Made by a program: the position numbers and the translations under genes | Shown here: piece after piece, positions 6,612 through 14,531 of the stretch | How the letters are laid out: every line of letters starts with the position of its first letter | How positions within the stretch are numbered: position 1 is the first letter of the stretch | Notes under the pieces: model-generated | Told to the model about the DNA's origin: nothing | Database searches by the model: none | The model's input: the letters and a program-made list of their open reading frames with translations, nothing else | From: a virus | Lineage: Duplodnaviria; Caudoviricetes | Strand: one strand, 5' to 3' | IMG/VR virus record: IMGVR_UViG_3300043391_000745 | Span: 1-34,255 of that record | DNA: 34,255 nucleotides

Positions 6612-6760
6612 TTAGTCATCGCTTCCTGATGGATAGCTTCCACCTTCTCTGCGTGAGCTTCAAGGGTAGCGATAGCCCTTGTAGAGGCATCCTTAAGCTC
6701 TTGGCTAGTCTTGTTGAGGTTGGCAATTAGTTGTTCGTACTTACTTAGTTTTTTCTTCAT
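6608..6760 (-). CDS. small coiled-coil-like protein (50 aa), paralog of 5379..5567
   Basis: MKKKLSKYEQLIANLNKTSQELKDASTRAIATLEAHAEKVEAIHQEAMTK; promoter TTGCGA-16 bp-(TGA)TAGATT at 6767-6794. Confidence 0.75.
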   Translation of the reverse strand: MKKKLSKYEQLIANLNKTSQELKDASTRAIATLEAHAEKVEAIHQEAMTK

Positions 6761-6809
6761 AGAGTTAATCTATCACAGAATAACAATATCGCAAGATATT
6801 TCTTCAGTT

Positions 6810-6836
6810 AAATTTCATTGATAGTCAACGACTTAC
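6810..6836. repeat. lone 27-bp half-element at the right edge of the array
   Basis: AAATTTCATTGA-TAG-TCAACGACTTAC followed by a degenerate GC core (CCCGCC at core positions 12-17), no second palindrome. Confidence 0.85.
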
Positions 6837-7201
6837 AAAGAGGCTAACCCGCCCCATGTTATTTTTCTTTCATTTTTAGTCTTAATTCTTTTGTTCGTTT
6901 TTTCTGTGAACGATTTTGCTCTTATCATTTGGCTAATCAAACTGAATGAGAAGCATTTTAGAATTAGGCCACCCCATTTTTGAAAAAAATGAACGACTTC
7001 AATTTTGAAAACACACGAGGGGGTACTAATATCATTCTCCCCTTATTAATTAAAGTATTTATAATATACCTATACCCACCCCCTTTTTTAAAATGTATTA
7101 AAATTCATCTATAAACCATATAAAATGAAAATAAAAAAATCCACGGGGCTATTTTTATATATAACTCTTTTTATATATACTACCAGTGTAATAAATAGTA
7201 T

Positions 7202-7426
7202 ATGAATTTAAACTATAAAATAGTACTATTAGTAGTTGGATTAGGAACAGTTTTCTTTCTCTTATCACAAAAACATAAAAATCAAAATAAACCAAATCAG
7301 AAGCAAATAACAGAAGAAGCAATAATTATTGATGAAAAAAAGCCAAAAATCGCCACGCCCGAGGTTTATATTTCTAGGCCAACCCAAAATGGGCTAGGTA
7401 TATCCAATAACTGGAAAAGCAAATAA
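7202..7426 (+). CDS. small membrane-anchored protein
   Basis: N-terminal TM IVLLVVGLGTVFFLL; GTGTAA at 7186-7191. Confidence 0.65.
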   Translation: MNLNYKIVLLVVGLGTVFFLLSQKHKNQNKPNQKQITEEAIIIDEKKPKIATPEVYISRPTQNGLGISNNWKSK

Positions 7427-7429
7427 TTA

Positions 7430-7903
7430 ATGAAAATAATAGATCAAGATTTATATAAGCCATGGGAAAATAGCGGCAAATTGCCTGAAAATTTTTCAGT
7501 AGCAGATGCAGATTATTTTTGTCCGACATTAGACATATTAAACAATGAGTTATTTCCTAAATACTGGAGATGGTTAGCATCTATAAGATTAACCAAATGG
7601 ATGCATAAATGGGATTGTGATAATTTTGCAGATTCTTTTAGATTATTTTGTTGTGGATATTACCAACAAGTTATTGAAAGTGATGCAAATGGCATAGCTG
7701 CAGGAGTAATCTATTACAATGCTGTTGCTAAAGCAGAATCAGGAATATCTGGAGGTCACGCAATTAATATAGTATACATAGATGACGGCAAAAATCCAGA
7801 TGGATCAAATGCTTTTCATGCTGCTTTTATAGAACCACAAAACGGACAAATATATCAATTAACAAAAGAAGAATTCGATAGTATTTGGACAGTATATATA
7901 TAA
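7430..7903 (+). CDS. papain/transglutaminase-like cysteine protease domain protein
   Basis: WDCDNFA...GHAINI...FIEPQ gives a Cys-His-Glu triad pattern as in the MOA lectin C-terminal protease-like family. Confidence 0.65.
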   Translation: MKIIDQDLYKPWENSGKLPENFSVADADYFCPTLDILNNELFPKYWRWLASIRLTKWMHKWDCDNFADSFRLFCCGYYQQVIESDANGIAAGVIYYNAVAKAESGISGGHAINIVYIDDGKNPDGSNAFHAAFIEPQNGQIYQLTKEEFDSIWTVYI

Positions 7904-7904
7904 T

Positions 7905-8963
7905 ATGTTTAAAAAAATACTAAATTTATCAGCTTTTTTATTAGCAGGATGCGCAGCTTTCTTTTCTGTTAAAGGTATAGCGTTACTATTCTCAGCTAGT
8001 TTCTGGAGCGTTGGCATTATGGCAGGATCTCTTGAAATAGCTAAATTAGTATCTGCAAGTTATTTATATCGTTATTGGAATAATATAAATAAAATATTAA
8101 GAATTTACATGTTATCCGCTACAGTTCTTTTAATGGGAATTACTAGTCTGGGTATTTTTGGATTTCTTTCAGATGCATTTCAAAAAAACTTTTCTCAATA
8201 TAGTTTAAATATTAATAAAGTCCAAGCTTTAAAATCTCAACAAACTTTTGTAATATCTCAAGTAGACTTCAATAAAAGTAAACTTAAAGATTTAATAGAA
8301 CTTCAAAAAACATATCAAGGGTCATTAGACAACGCTGTTAAACAAGACGTAGTTATAACAAAAACTAGTAGTGGCGGATTTTTTAGTTCTGGTAAAACTG
8401 AAAAAGTAACAGATAGCAAATTATTAGATAGTAAAAATAAAATTATAGAAGGTTCTCAACAAAATATTAATAGCTTATTTAGTCAAATAGGTACTGTTTC
8501 TTCTGAGCTTCAAAATTTGGAGCAGCAAGCTTCTAAACTAGCCCAAGAAATTATGATACTAGAAAGTGATAATACTAAAGGAGAAATTGGTACATTTAAA
8601 TTCGTAGCAGAAGCATTTGGATTAAAAATAGAAACGGCAGTTAGATTATTTATTATACTTATTGTTATAGTATTTGATCCATTAGCAGTAGCTTTAGTAA
8701 TAGCTTATAATAGTTTAATTCATAAAAAAGATAATATAGCTCAAAAACCAATAGAAAAAATTGTAGAAAAACCAGTAATAAAAATTATTGAAAAGATAAT
8801 AGAAAAACCAGTAGAAAAAATATCTAAAGATTTAGATATACAAACTGATGCAGGAGAGAAAGAGCCAAATAGAGCAAATTATAGCCCTAAAATTGCAAGA
8901 AATAAATCTGGCCAAAATCTTAACGAATATTGGCGAGGAAATATAAGATACAAAAAAAGATAA
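7905..8963 (+). CDS. membrane protein with coiled-coil (conserved phage hypothetical)
   Basis: Three N-terminal TM helices (AAFFSVKG, LEIAKLVSASYLY, ITSLGIFGFLS), coiled-coil, TM with IVFDPLAV, IEK repeats. Confidence 0.75.
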   Translation: MFKKILNLSAFLLAGCAAFFSVKGIALLFSASFWSVGIMAGSLEIAKLVSASYLYRYWNNINKILRIYMLSATVLLMGITSLGIFGFLSDAFQKNFSQYSLNINKVQALKSQQTFVISQVDFNKSKLKDLIELQKTYQGSLDNAVKQDVVITKTSSGGFFSSGKTEKVTDSKLLDSKNKIIEGSQQNINSLFSQIGTVSSELQNLEQQASKLAQEIMILESDNTKGEIGTFKFVAEAFGLKIETAVRLFIILIVIVFDPLAVALVIAYNSLIHKKDNIAQKPIEKIVEKPVIKIIEKIIEKPVEKISKDLDIQTDAGEKEPNRANYSPKIARNKSGQNLNEYWRGNIRYKKR

Positions 8964-9689
8964 CTATTTTAACTCTTCAAATTTCTCAATAATATAAGCT
9001 AATATATCATTTCTCATAATATCTTCTCTACCAAATTTAAAAGTACATATCCCTTTGTCATAGCTTTTCTTATCATCAAATAAATTGAATATTTTATCAA
9101 AACCACTATTTTTAATATCAGATTGTCTAATATCTCCAATTAATATTAATTTACTAAACCTACCCATTCTAGTAGTAATAAGTAATAAATCGTGAACGCT
9201 TAAATTTTGAGCTTCATCACAGATAATATAACTAGCATTTATACTAAGCCCACGAAGAAATCCGACTGGTAAACCCTTAACTCTTTCTTGCTTTAATAGC
9301 ATTTCAACTTGCCCTTTTGGTAATAGCTCATGGAGTTTATCCATAAGTGGTTGTAAGTATGGATCAAGTTTACTATGAAGATCGCCTTTAAGAAAACCGA
9401 GATTATGAGTTGAACTTTCTACTGGATTTCTGACATAAAATATTTCGCCAATTTTTTTATGATTTATAGCGTTTAGAGCTGCATATACGCTAAGTAAGCT
9501 TTTAGCTGTTCCTGCTGGACCTTTACAAAATACCATTTTAGTATTCTTATCTTGTAATAATTGAATAAATTTCTTTTGATTATCGGTCCATTGTAATTCA
9601 CGAATATTCAAAAAACCTTCAATTTTATCTCTTTGAGGAACTATTGGGGATTTGTCTTCTTTTTGTTTATTTTTGTTTTTTTTAGACAT
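8964..9689 (-). CDS. phoH: PhoH-family ATPase
   Basis: GPAGTAKS, LGFLKG, FLRGLS, DEAQN, TRMG, GDIRQSD and DIMRN motifs. Confidence 0.93.
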   Translation of the reverse strand: MSKKNKNKQKEDKSPIVPQRDKIEGFLNIRELQWTDNQKKFIQLLQDKNTKMVFCKGPAGTAKSLLSVYAALNAINHKKIGEIFYVRNPVESSTHNLGFLKGDLHSKLDPYLQPLMDKLHELLPKGQVEMLLKQERVKGLPVGFLRGLSINASYIICDEAQNLSVHDLLLITTRMGRFSKLILIGDIRQSDIKNSGFDKIFNLFDDKKSYDKGICTFKFGREDIMRNDILAYIIEKFEELK

Positions 9690-9743
9690 TTATGATTAAT
9701 ATATATAATATTACACAAGAAAAAAAAAGTGTAATATAAATAT

Positions 9744-10418
9744 ATGATTAAGAGTTTTTTTATTAAAAAGTTAAAGGAACTTAAAAAAGAAGCTGAAAAT
9801 AATATTACAGCTTCTAGCGAAACTTCTGATATTGAATTTAATTTTGATGTCATGGTTGCGGGAGATTTAGCTCAAGCAATTCAATATATAGCTGATCAAT
9901 TGCAATTCGTATCAACTGCCTCTTCCTCAGCTAGTGGTCCTAGTAGTGGCCCTGCTGTAGCTTCTGCTGTTTCTGCTGTTGCTGCCGTTGCTTCTTCCGC
10001 TTCTGCCGCTGCCCCTTCTTCAAGTTCTTCTTCTTCACCTTCTTCAAGTTCTTCTTCAAGTTCTTCTTCAAGCTCTTCTTCAAGCTCTTCTTCAAGCTCT
10101 TCTTCGTCGTCGTCTGTTTCTGCTGCTGTTTCTGCTGCTGTTTCTGCTGCTTCTGCCGCCGCAGCCGCTCCTGCTTCTGTTTCCGCTTCTTCCGCTGCTT
10201 CTTCCGCTGCTTCTTCCGCTGCTTCTTCTGCCTCTTCTGCCGCTTCTTCTGCTGCAGCTGCTGCTTCTTCTGGTGCTGCTTCTTCTTCTGGCGCTTCTCA
10301 TCCAGAAGGGTCAACTACTGGAAGCGGAGGAGGCCAACCTCCAACACCAGGAGCATCGGCTTCATCTTCATCTTCGGCATCTGCCGTAGCTGCTAGTGGA
10401 CCAAGACCACGTCTTTAA
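9744..10418 (+). CDS. Ser/Ala-rich low-complexity protein, paralog A
   Basis: Conserved N-terminal block TSDIEFNFDVMVAGD and HPEGSTTGSGGGQPPTP shared with the next gene; GTGTAA at 9729-9734. Confidence 0.75.
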   Translation: MIKSFFIKKLKELKKEAENNITASSETSDIEFNFDVMVAGDLAQAIQYIADQLQFVSTASSSASGPSSGPAVASAVSAVAAVASSASAAAPSSSSSSSPSSSSSSSSSSSSSSSSSSSSSSSSSVSAAVSAAVSAASAAAAAPASVSASSAASSAASSAASSASSAASSAAAAASSGAASSSGASHPEGSTTGSGGGQPPTPGASASSSSSASAVAASGPRPRL

Positions 10419-10425
10419 AGAATAC

Positions 10426-10935
10426 GTGAATAAAGATAATTTTCTTAAAAGATTAAAAGAACTTAAAAAAACTGAAACTGATATTTCAATTTTCAACCAA
10501 ACTTCTGATATTGAATTTAATTTTGATGTTATGGTTGCTGGGGATATAGCTGAAGCTTTGCAATGGATCGCTAAAGAACTTCAATTTACACCTCCACCAC
10601 CTCCACCACCTCCACCACCTCCACCACCAGGAGCCACACCTCCACCACCGCCACCAGGAGCCACACCTCCACCACCGCCACCAGGAGCCACACCTCCACC
10701 ACCGCCACCACCGCCACCACCTCCGCCACCACAACCAACAACTCCTCCGCCTTCACCTCCACCTCCGCCTCCTCCTCCGCCCCCACCCCCACCACCTAAT
10801 CATCCAGAAGGATCAACTACTGGAAGCGGAGGGGGACAACCTCCAACACCACCCCCACCTTCACCTCCACCTCCGCCTCCCCCTGGACCAAGAATGCAGC
10901 CTCCAAAAGTTAGCTCTTTAAATCCAGGATTTTAA
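10426..10935 (+). CDS. Pro-rich low-complexity protein, paralog B (start GTG 10426 by alignment)
   Basis: MNKDNFLKRLKELKK aligns with MIKSFFIKKLKELKK; same conserved blocks; poly-Pro with GATPPPPPP repeats. Confidence 0.75.
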   Translation: MNKDNFLKRLKELKKTETDISIFNQTSDIEFNFDVMVAGDIAEALQWIAKELQFTPPPPPPPPPPPPPGATPPPPPPGATPPPPPPGATPPPPPPPPPPPPPQPTTPPPSPPPPPPPPPPPPPPNHPEGSTTGSGGGQPPTPPPPSPPPPPPPGPRMQPPKVSSLNPGF

Positions 10936-11372
10936 AAAATTATTAATTCAATTGAATTAAATTGTTTTTTATTTAATTTTTCAAAATTGCCTAAAGCATC
11001 AAGAAATGTATATTTTATTTTATTAGAATTATCTCTATAAAAAATTACATTTAATACATGTCCATCTTTAGAATTTATTTTATATTTATTTAAATAAACA
11101 TTACCTATCGCTATAGAATTGGCTTCAGATTTTATATATTTAGCATGATATAAATTTGCCATTACTTTATATGATTCTGAATTACTTCTACAATTCCAAA
11201 GTCTATCATTTTTTATATCAAATCCAATTATAAATTTATTTTTATGAAAAGAATTTATTTCATAAATCTCTTGTAGGGTAGGTAAATAATATTTCATTTT
11301 TGCAAACCCTAAAAATGGTTGATTTTCGTCTGTAACGAATACTTGAGCTATACGCTTTTTATGTATTAACAC
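10932..11372 (-). CDS. papain-like protein, diverged paralog of 7430..7903
   Basis: YYLPTL/YFCPTL, WNC/WDC, IKSEANSIAIG/IESDANGIAAG, GHVLNV/GHAINI, FNSI/FDSI. Confidence 0.65.
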   Translation of the reverse strand: MLIHKKRIAQVFVTDENQPFLGFAKMKYYLPTLQEIYEINSFHKNKFIIGFDIKNDRLWNCRSNSESYKVMANLYHAKYIKSEANSIAIGNVYLNKYKINSKDGHVLNVIFYRDNSNKIKYTFLDALGNFEKLNKKQFNSIELIIF

Positions 11373-11435
11373 AATATATATTACATCTTTTATATATTTA
11401 TTTTAACTTTTTTTAAATACTACATATAATATAAG

Positions 11436-11837
11436 ATGAAACAATATTGTCTTAAATGCGGAAATCCAACGGAATATTCATTAGTAAAACCCCAATTTTG
11501 CAGCAAATGTGGGCAAAATTTTACGCAGAGTATTTCAAATACAGTAAATAAAGTAGAAAATATAAAAATATCAAAAATTCATATAGAAGATGAAGATTTC
11601 GATGGATCAGATTATAATGAAATTACAAAAGTGCCAGACATAGCATCTCTTGAAATAGAAGAAATTAGCTTTCCACAAACAAAAGGCGAGACGCTAGGCT
11701 CTATTATCAATAATTCTAAATCAGAGAATAAAACGCAAACGAAAAGAAAAAAAGGTAAAAAAATATCTAAAAAAGAACAAAGTAAAATATTAGATGAGAT
11801 TCTTTCTGAAGGTAAATCATTAAGATCTAAAAAATGA
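11436..11837 (+). CDS. zinc-ribbon protein
   Basis: N-terminal CLKCG...FCSKCG; TATAAT at 11425-11430. Confidence 0.75.
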   Translation: MKQYCLKCGNPTEYSLVKPQFCSKCGQNFTQSISNTVNKVENIKISKIHIEDEDFDGSDYNEITKVPDIASLEIEEISFPQTKGETLGSIINNSKSENKTQTKRKKGKKISKKEQSKILDEILSEGKSLRSKK

Positions 11838-12508
11838 AAAAAACTAAATTTGAAGAGAGGATCTTAGAAATAGATAGAGAAATATTTAAAAGAAAACATA
11901 AGTGGAGCCTCACATCTTTAACTTGGATGGATTTTAATGATGTAGCTCAAATTCTGAGGATTCATATAAATAATAAATGGAGTCAATATGATCAAGCCCA
12001 ACCACTCGCTCCATGGGTCAACAGAATTATTACTAATCAAATTAGAAATTTAATTAGAAATCATTACGGAAATTTTTCAAGACCATGTTTAAAATGTTCA
12101 GCATTTGAAGGGGACAATTTATGCTCTGTATATGGCAAACAATCTGGTGCTTGTTCCTTATATGCTAAATGGTTAAAATCTAAAAAAAATGCATATGATA
12201 CGAAACTTCCAGTAAGCATAGAAAATCATTTGCAAGAAGTTCACAATAAACCTTCTGAAAATTTGAGCCTAGACCATAGCATTAAAGAGGTTCATCATAA
12301 ATTAAAAGATAAATTAAAACCGAATGAATGGATTTATTACAGTAAGGTATATATAGAAAATCTTTCAGAAACAGAAGCGGCAAAAGCGCTTGGATATAAA
12401 ACAACAGAAAAGAATAGAGACGCAGGATATAAGCAATTAAAAAATTTAAAGAAAAGCATTATAGCAAAAGTTAAAAAAATTATTTATAATGGAGAGATAG
12501 ATATTTAA
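11834..12508 (+). CDS. phage sigma70/ECF-like sigma factor with Cys-rich insertion
   Basis: Region-2-like DFNDVAQ...YD...WVNRIITNQIRNLIR; region-4-like HTH LSETEAAKALGY; CLKC-x7-C-x9-C between them. Confidence 0.65.
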   Translation: MKKTKFEERILEIDREIFKRKHKWSLTSLTWMDFNDVAQILRIHINNKWSQYDQAQPLAPWVNRIITNQIRNLIRNHYGNFSRPCLKCSAFEGDNLCSVYGKQSGACSLYAKWLKSKKNAYDTKLPVSIENHLQEVHNKPSENLSLDHSIKEVHHKLKDKLKPNEWIYYSKVYIENLSETEAAKALGYKTTEKNRDAGYKQLKNLKKSIIAKVKKIIYNGEIDI

Positions 12509-13602
12509 TGAGTGATGAACTCGTAATCTTAACGGAAGAGCAACAATTAAAATTATTAAATGAATGGAATAGTCGTGTAGATAACCCACCTTCATTAAAT
12601 GATTTAGTTAAATTAGCTTTCAACAGAGAGGATCTAGACGGAAGAAGCAAAGAGGGCAAAGCTGTAAAAGCATTTCTTGCATCTAGACAAATTAAACCTA
12701 AAAAGAGCCACGAATACCAAGCTAAAGGATTAATAGAATTAACTCAAGAGCAAAAAGAATATGTTAGCAATAATTGTCATACCATGACTGGATTAGAAAT
12801 GTCGAAAATTTTATTCAAAAATGATAATCTAACTAATCTATCACAAGAAACAAGAAGCGTTCTTGAATATATGAAGAATATACCAAATAATATAAAATTT
12901 AATAATACAGAAAATGAAGAAGTCGCAAATGGACTTTATAAACCACCCCGCAGCGAAGAAAGAGCTATCGCCAAAGTAAATAAATATGTTCTTGATGGAA
13001 TAGATAAGTCTAAGATAAATCACAAACAAAAAAGAGAAGTTAACTCATTGATTGGATACATGAATACTTTTAGATTTTCTCATCAAATTAACCTTTACGA
13101 TAATGAAGCGGATAGAGAATTATTTGAAAGCAGCTTTATAAGATATACTTACGATAAAAGTGACTTAACTCAAGAAGAAGTCGATCAATATATAGTTCTT
13201 TGTACCGAAGTAGTAATATCTTCCAGCATACAACAAACAATCAATGTATTGCAAAATCAAATAGATTTAGCTATTCAAGACGATGGGAAAATACCAATGG
13301 CAATAGTAGAAGCCAGCAATACAGCAAGAAAAGAATATAATGATTGCGTTAATCGTCAACAAAAATTAAATAATGATCTAAAAGTTAAAAGAAGCGACAG
13401 ATTAAGTAAACAAGTTAAAGATACTGCTTCCATAATTAATCTTGTTCAAATGTGGAAAGAAGAAGAGAGTAGAATGAAACTAATTAAAATGGCCGAAATG
13501 AGAAAGAAAAGCTTGGAAAAAGAAATTGATAGATTGTCATCTATGGATGAAATAAAATGTAAAATTTTAGGAATCTCAAAAGATGAGATTTTAAATGGAT
13601 GA
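12508..13602 (+). CDS. hypothetical protein, possible terminase small subunit
   Basis: Helical/coiled-coil protein in the translationally coupled operon upstream of TerL; function is positional inference. Confidence 0.45.
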   Translation: MSDELVILTEEQQLKLLNEWNSRVDNPPSLNDLVKLAFNREDLDGRSKEGKAVKAFLASRQIKPKKSHEYQAKGLIELTQEQKEYVSNNCHTMTGLEMSKILFKNDNLTNLSQETRSVLEYMKNIPNNIKFNNTENEEVANGLYKPPRSEERAIAKVNKYVLDGIDKSKINHKQKREVNSLIGYMNTFRFSHQINLYDNEADRELFESSFIRYTYDKSDLTQEEVDQYIVLCTEVVISSSIQQTINVLQNQIDLAIQDDGKIPMAIVEASNTARKEYNDCVNRQQKLNNDLKVKRSDRLSKQVKDTASIINLVQMWKEEESRMKLIKMAEMRKKSLEKEIDRLSSMDEIKCKILGISKDEILNG

Positions 13603-14531
13603 GCGTAATATGTAAAGTAGACGGCAAGGAGTTTAAAGATGAAAAAAGCCTTCATTTTGCTCTGAGAGGTTATGGTTTAAATAAAGAAAAATACTATCAT
13701 AAATATTTTCCTAAGAAAGACTTGCTAACTGGAGAAACTATTTTATTTAAATCTAAAGATCAGTACTTTAATAGTGATTTTAATGATAAAAATAATATGA
13801 AAAAATGGTTAAAACAACAATCCCCAGAAAAAGCTCAAGAATATTGCAAAGACCTTTTGATTAAAAGAAAAAAAGAAAAAAATATAATATATTCACCAAC
13901 TCAAATTGAACTCAGAACAATAATGAGTCCTTCTATTATTTTTTATAATAAAATTTTTGATGATTATTATGATTTATGTTCTAGCATAGGATTAGAAAAT
14001 AAATTTATTCACCCAAATAATATCACCTCTCAATTTAAAAATAAATTGACGAATAAAGATGCAATATATGTCGACACGAGAGAACAGAGTTGGCTTAAGT
14101 TTGATATTCCTTTTGAAATTAAAACTCTTCCATTCGGAGATTATACATGCAATAAAAACTCCACATGTTATGTTGAAAGAAAAAGTTTAAGTGATTTTAT
14201 CAGTACTTTAAGTGCTGGAAATTTTAATAGATTTAAAAATGAAATAGATAGAGCTCATAAAAATAATTGCAATTTAGTAGTTATTATCGAAGAAAAACTA
14301 TCACATGGTTTAAGTTTTCAATATTTGCCACATATAAGCAAAAAAATCAAAGCCACGCCAGAATATATATTTCATAATGTTAGATCATTAACTCAAGAAT
14401 ATAATAATTTACAATTCTTATTTGTAGACGGCAGAGAAGAAATGAAAAGAGTTATAGAAGCAATATTTGCTAGTGACTTTTTTTATAAAAAAATTGATCT
14501 TCAATTAGCTTATGACTTAAAACTTTTATGA
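13599..14531 (+). CDS. ERCC4/XPF-type nuclease domain protein
   Basis: VDTREQ...LPFGDY...VERKSLSDF matches the ERCC4 GDxn-ERKx3D signature. Confidence 0.8.
   Translation: MSVICKVDGKEFKDEKSLHFALRGYGLNKEKYYHKYFPKKDLLTGETILFKSKDQYFNSDFNDKNNMKKWLKQQSPEKAQEYCKDLLIKRKKEKNIIYSPTQIELRTIMSPSIIFYNKIFDDYYDLCSSIGLENKFIHPNNITSQFKNKLTNKDAIYVDTREQSWLKFDIPFEIKTLPFGDYTCNKNSTCYVERKSLSDFISTLSAGNFNRFKNEIDRAHKNNCNLVVIIEEKLSHGLSFQYLPHISKKIKATPEYIFHNVRSLTQEYNNLQFLFVDGREEMKRVIEAIFASDFFYKKIDLQLAYDLKLL

Noticed and set aside
572-6836. Repeat pairs read as mini-CRISPR arrays (27-bp repeat, 21-bp spacer)
   Set aside because: The 'spacers' share a fixed CCCTGC motif, the repeats are degenerate and only paired, and there is no leader or cas gene in the window
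572-6836. Elements as intrinsic terminators or Xer/dif sites
   Set aside because: No U-tract follows the GC core, and the geometry (12-3-12) and sequence do not match XerC/D 11-6-11 dif sites
9810-9870. FNFDV as a lanthipeptide FNLD-type leader
   Set aside because: No Cys in the putative core and no LanB/C/M genes in the window
9940-10795. Alternative-frame ORFs (Q/K-, L-, R/S-, W/R- and V/E-rich)
   Set aside because: Shadow frames of the Ser/Ala and Pro low-complexity tracts; conserved blocks occur only in the called frames
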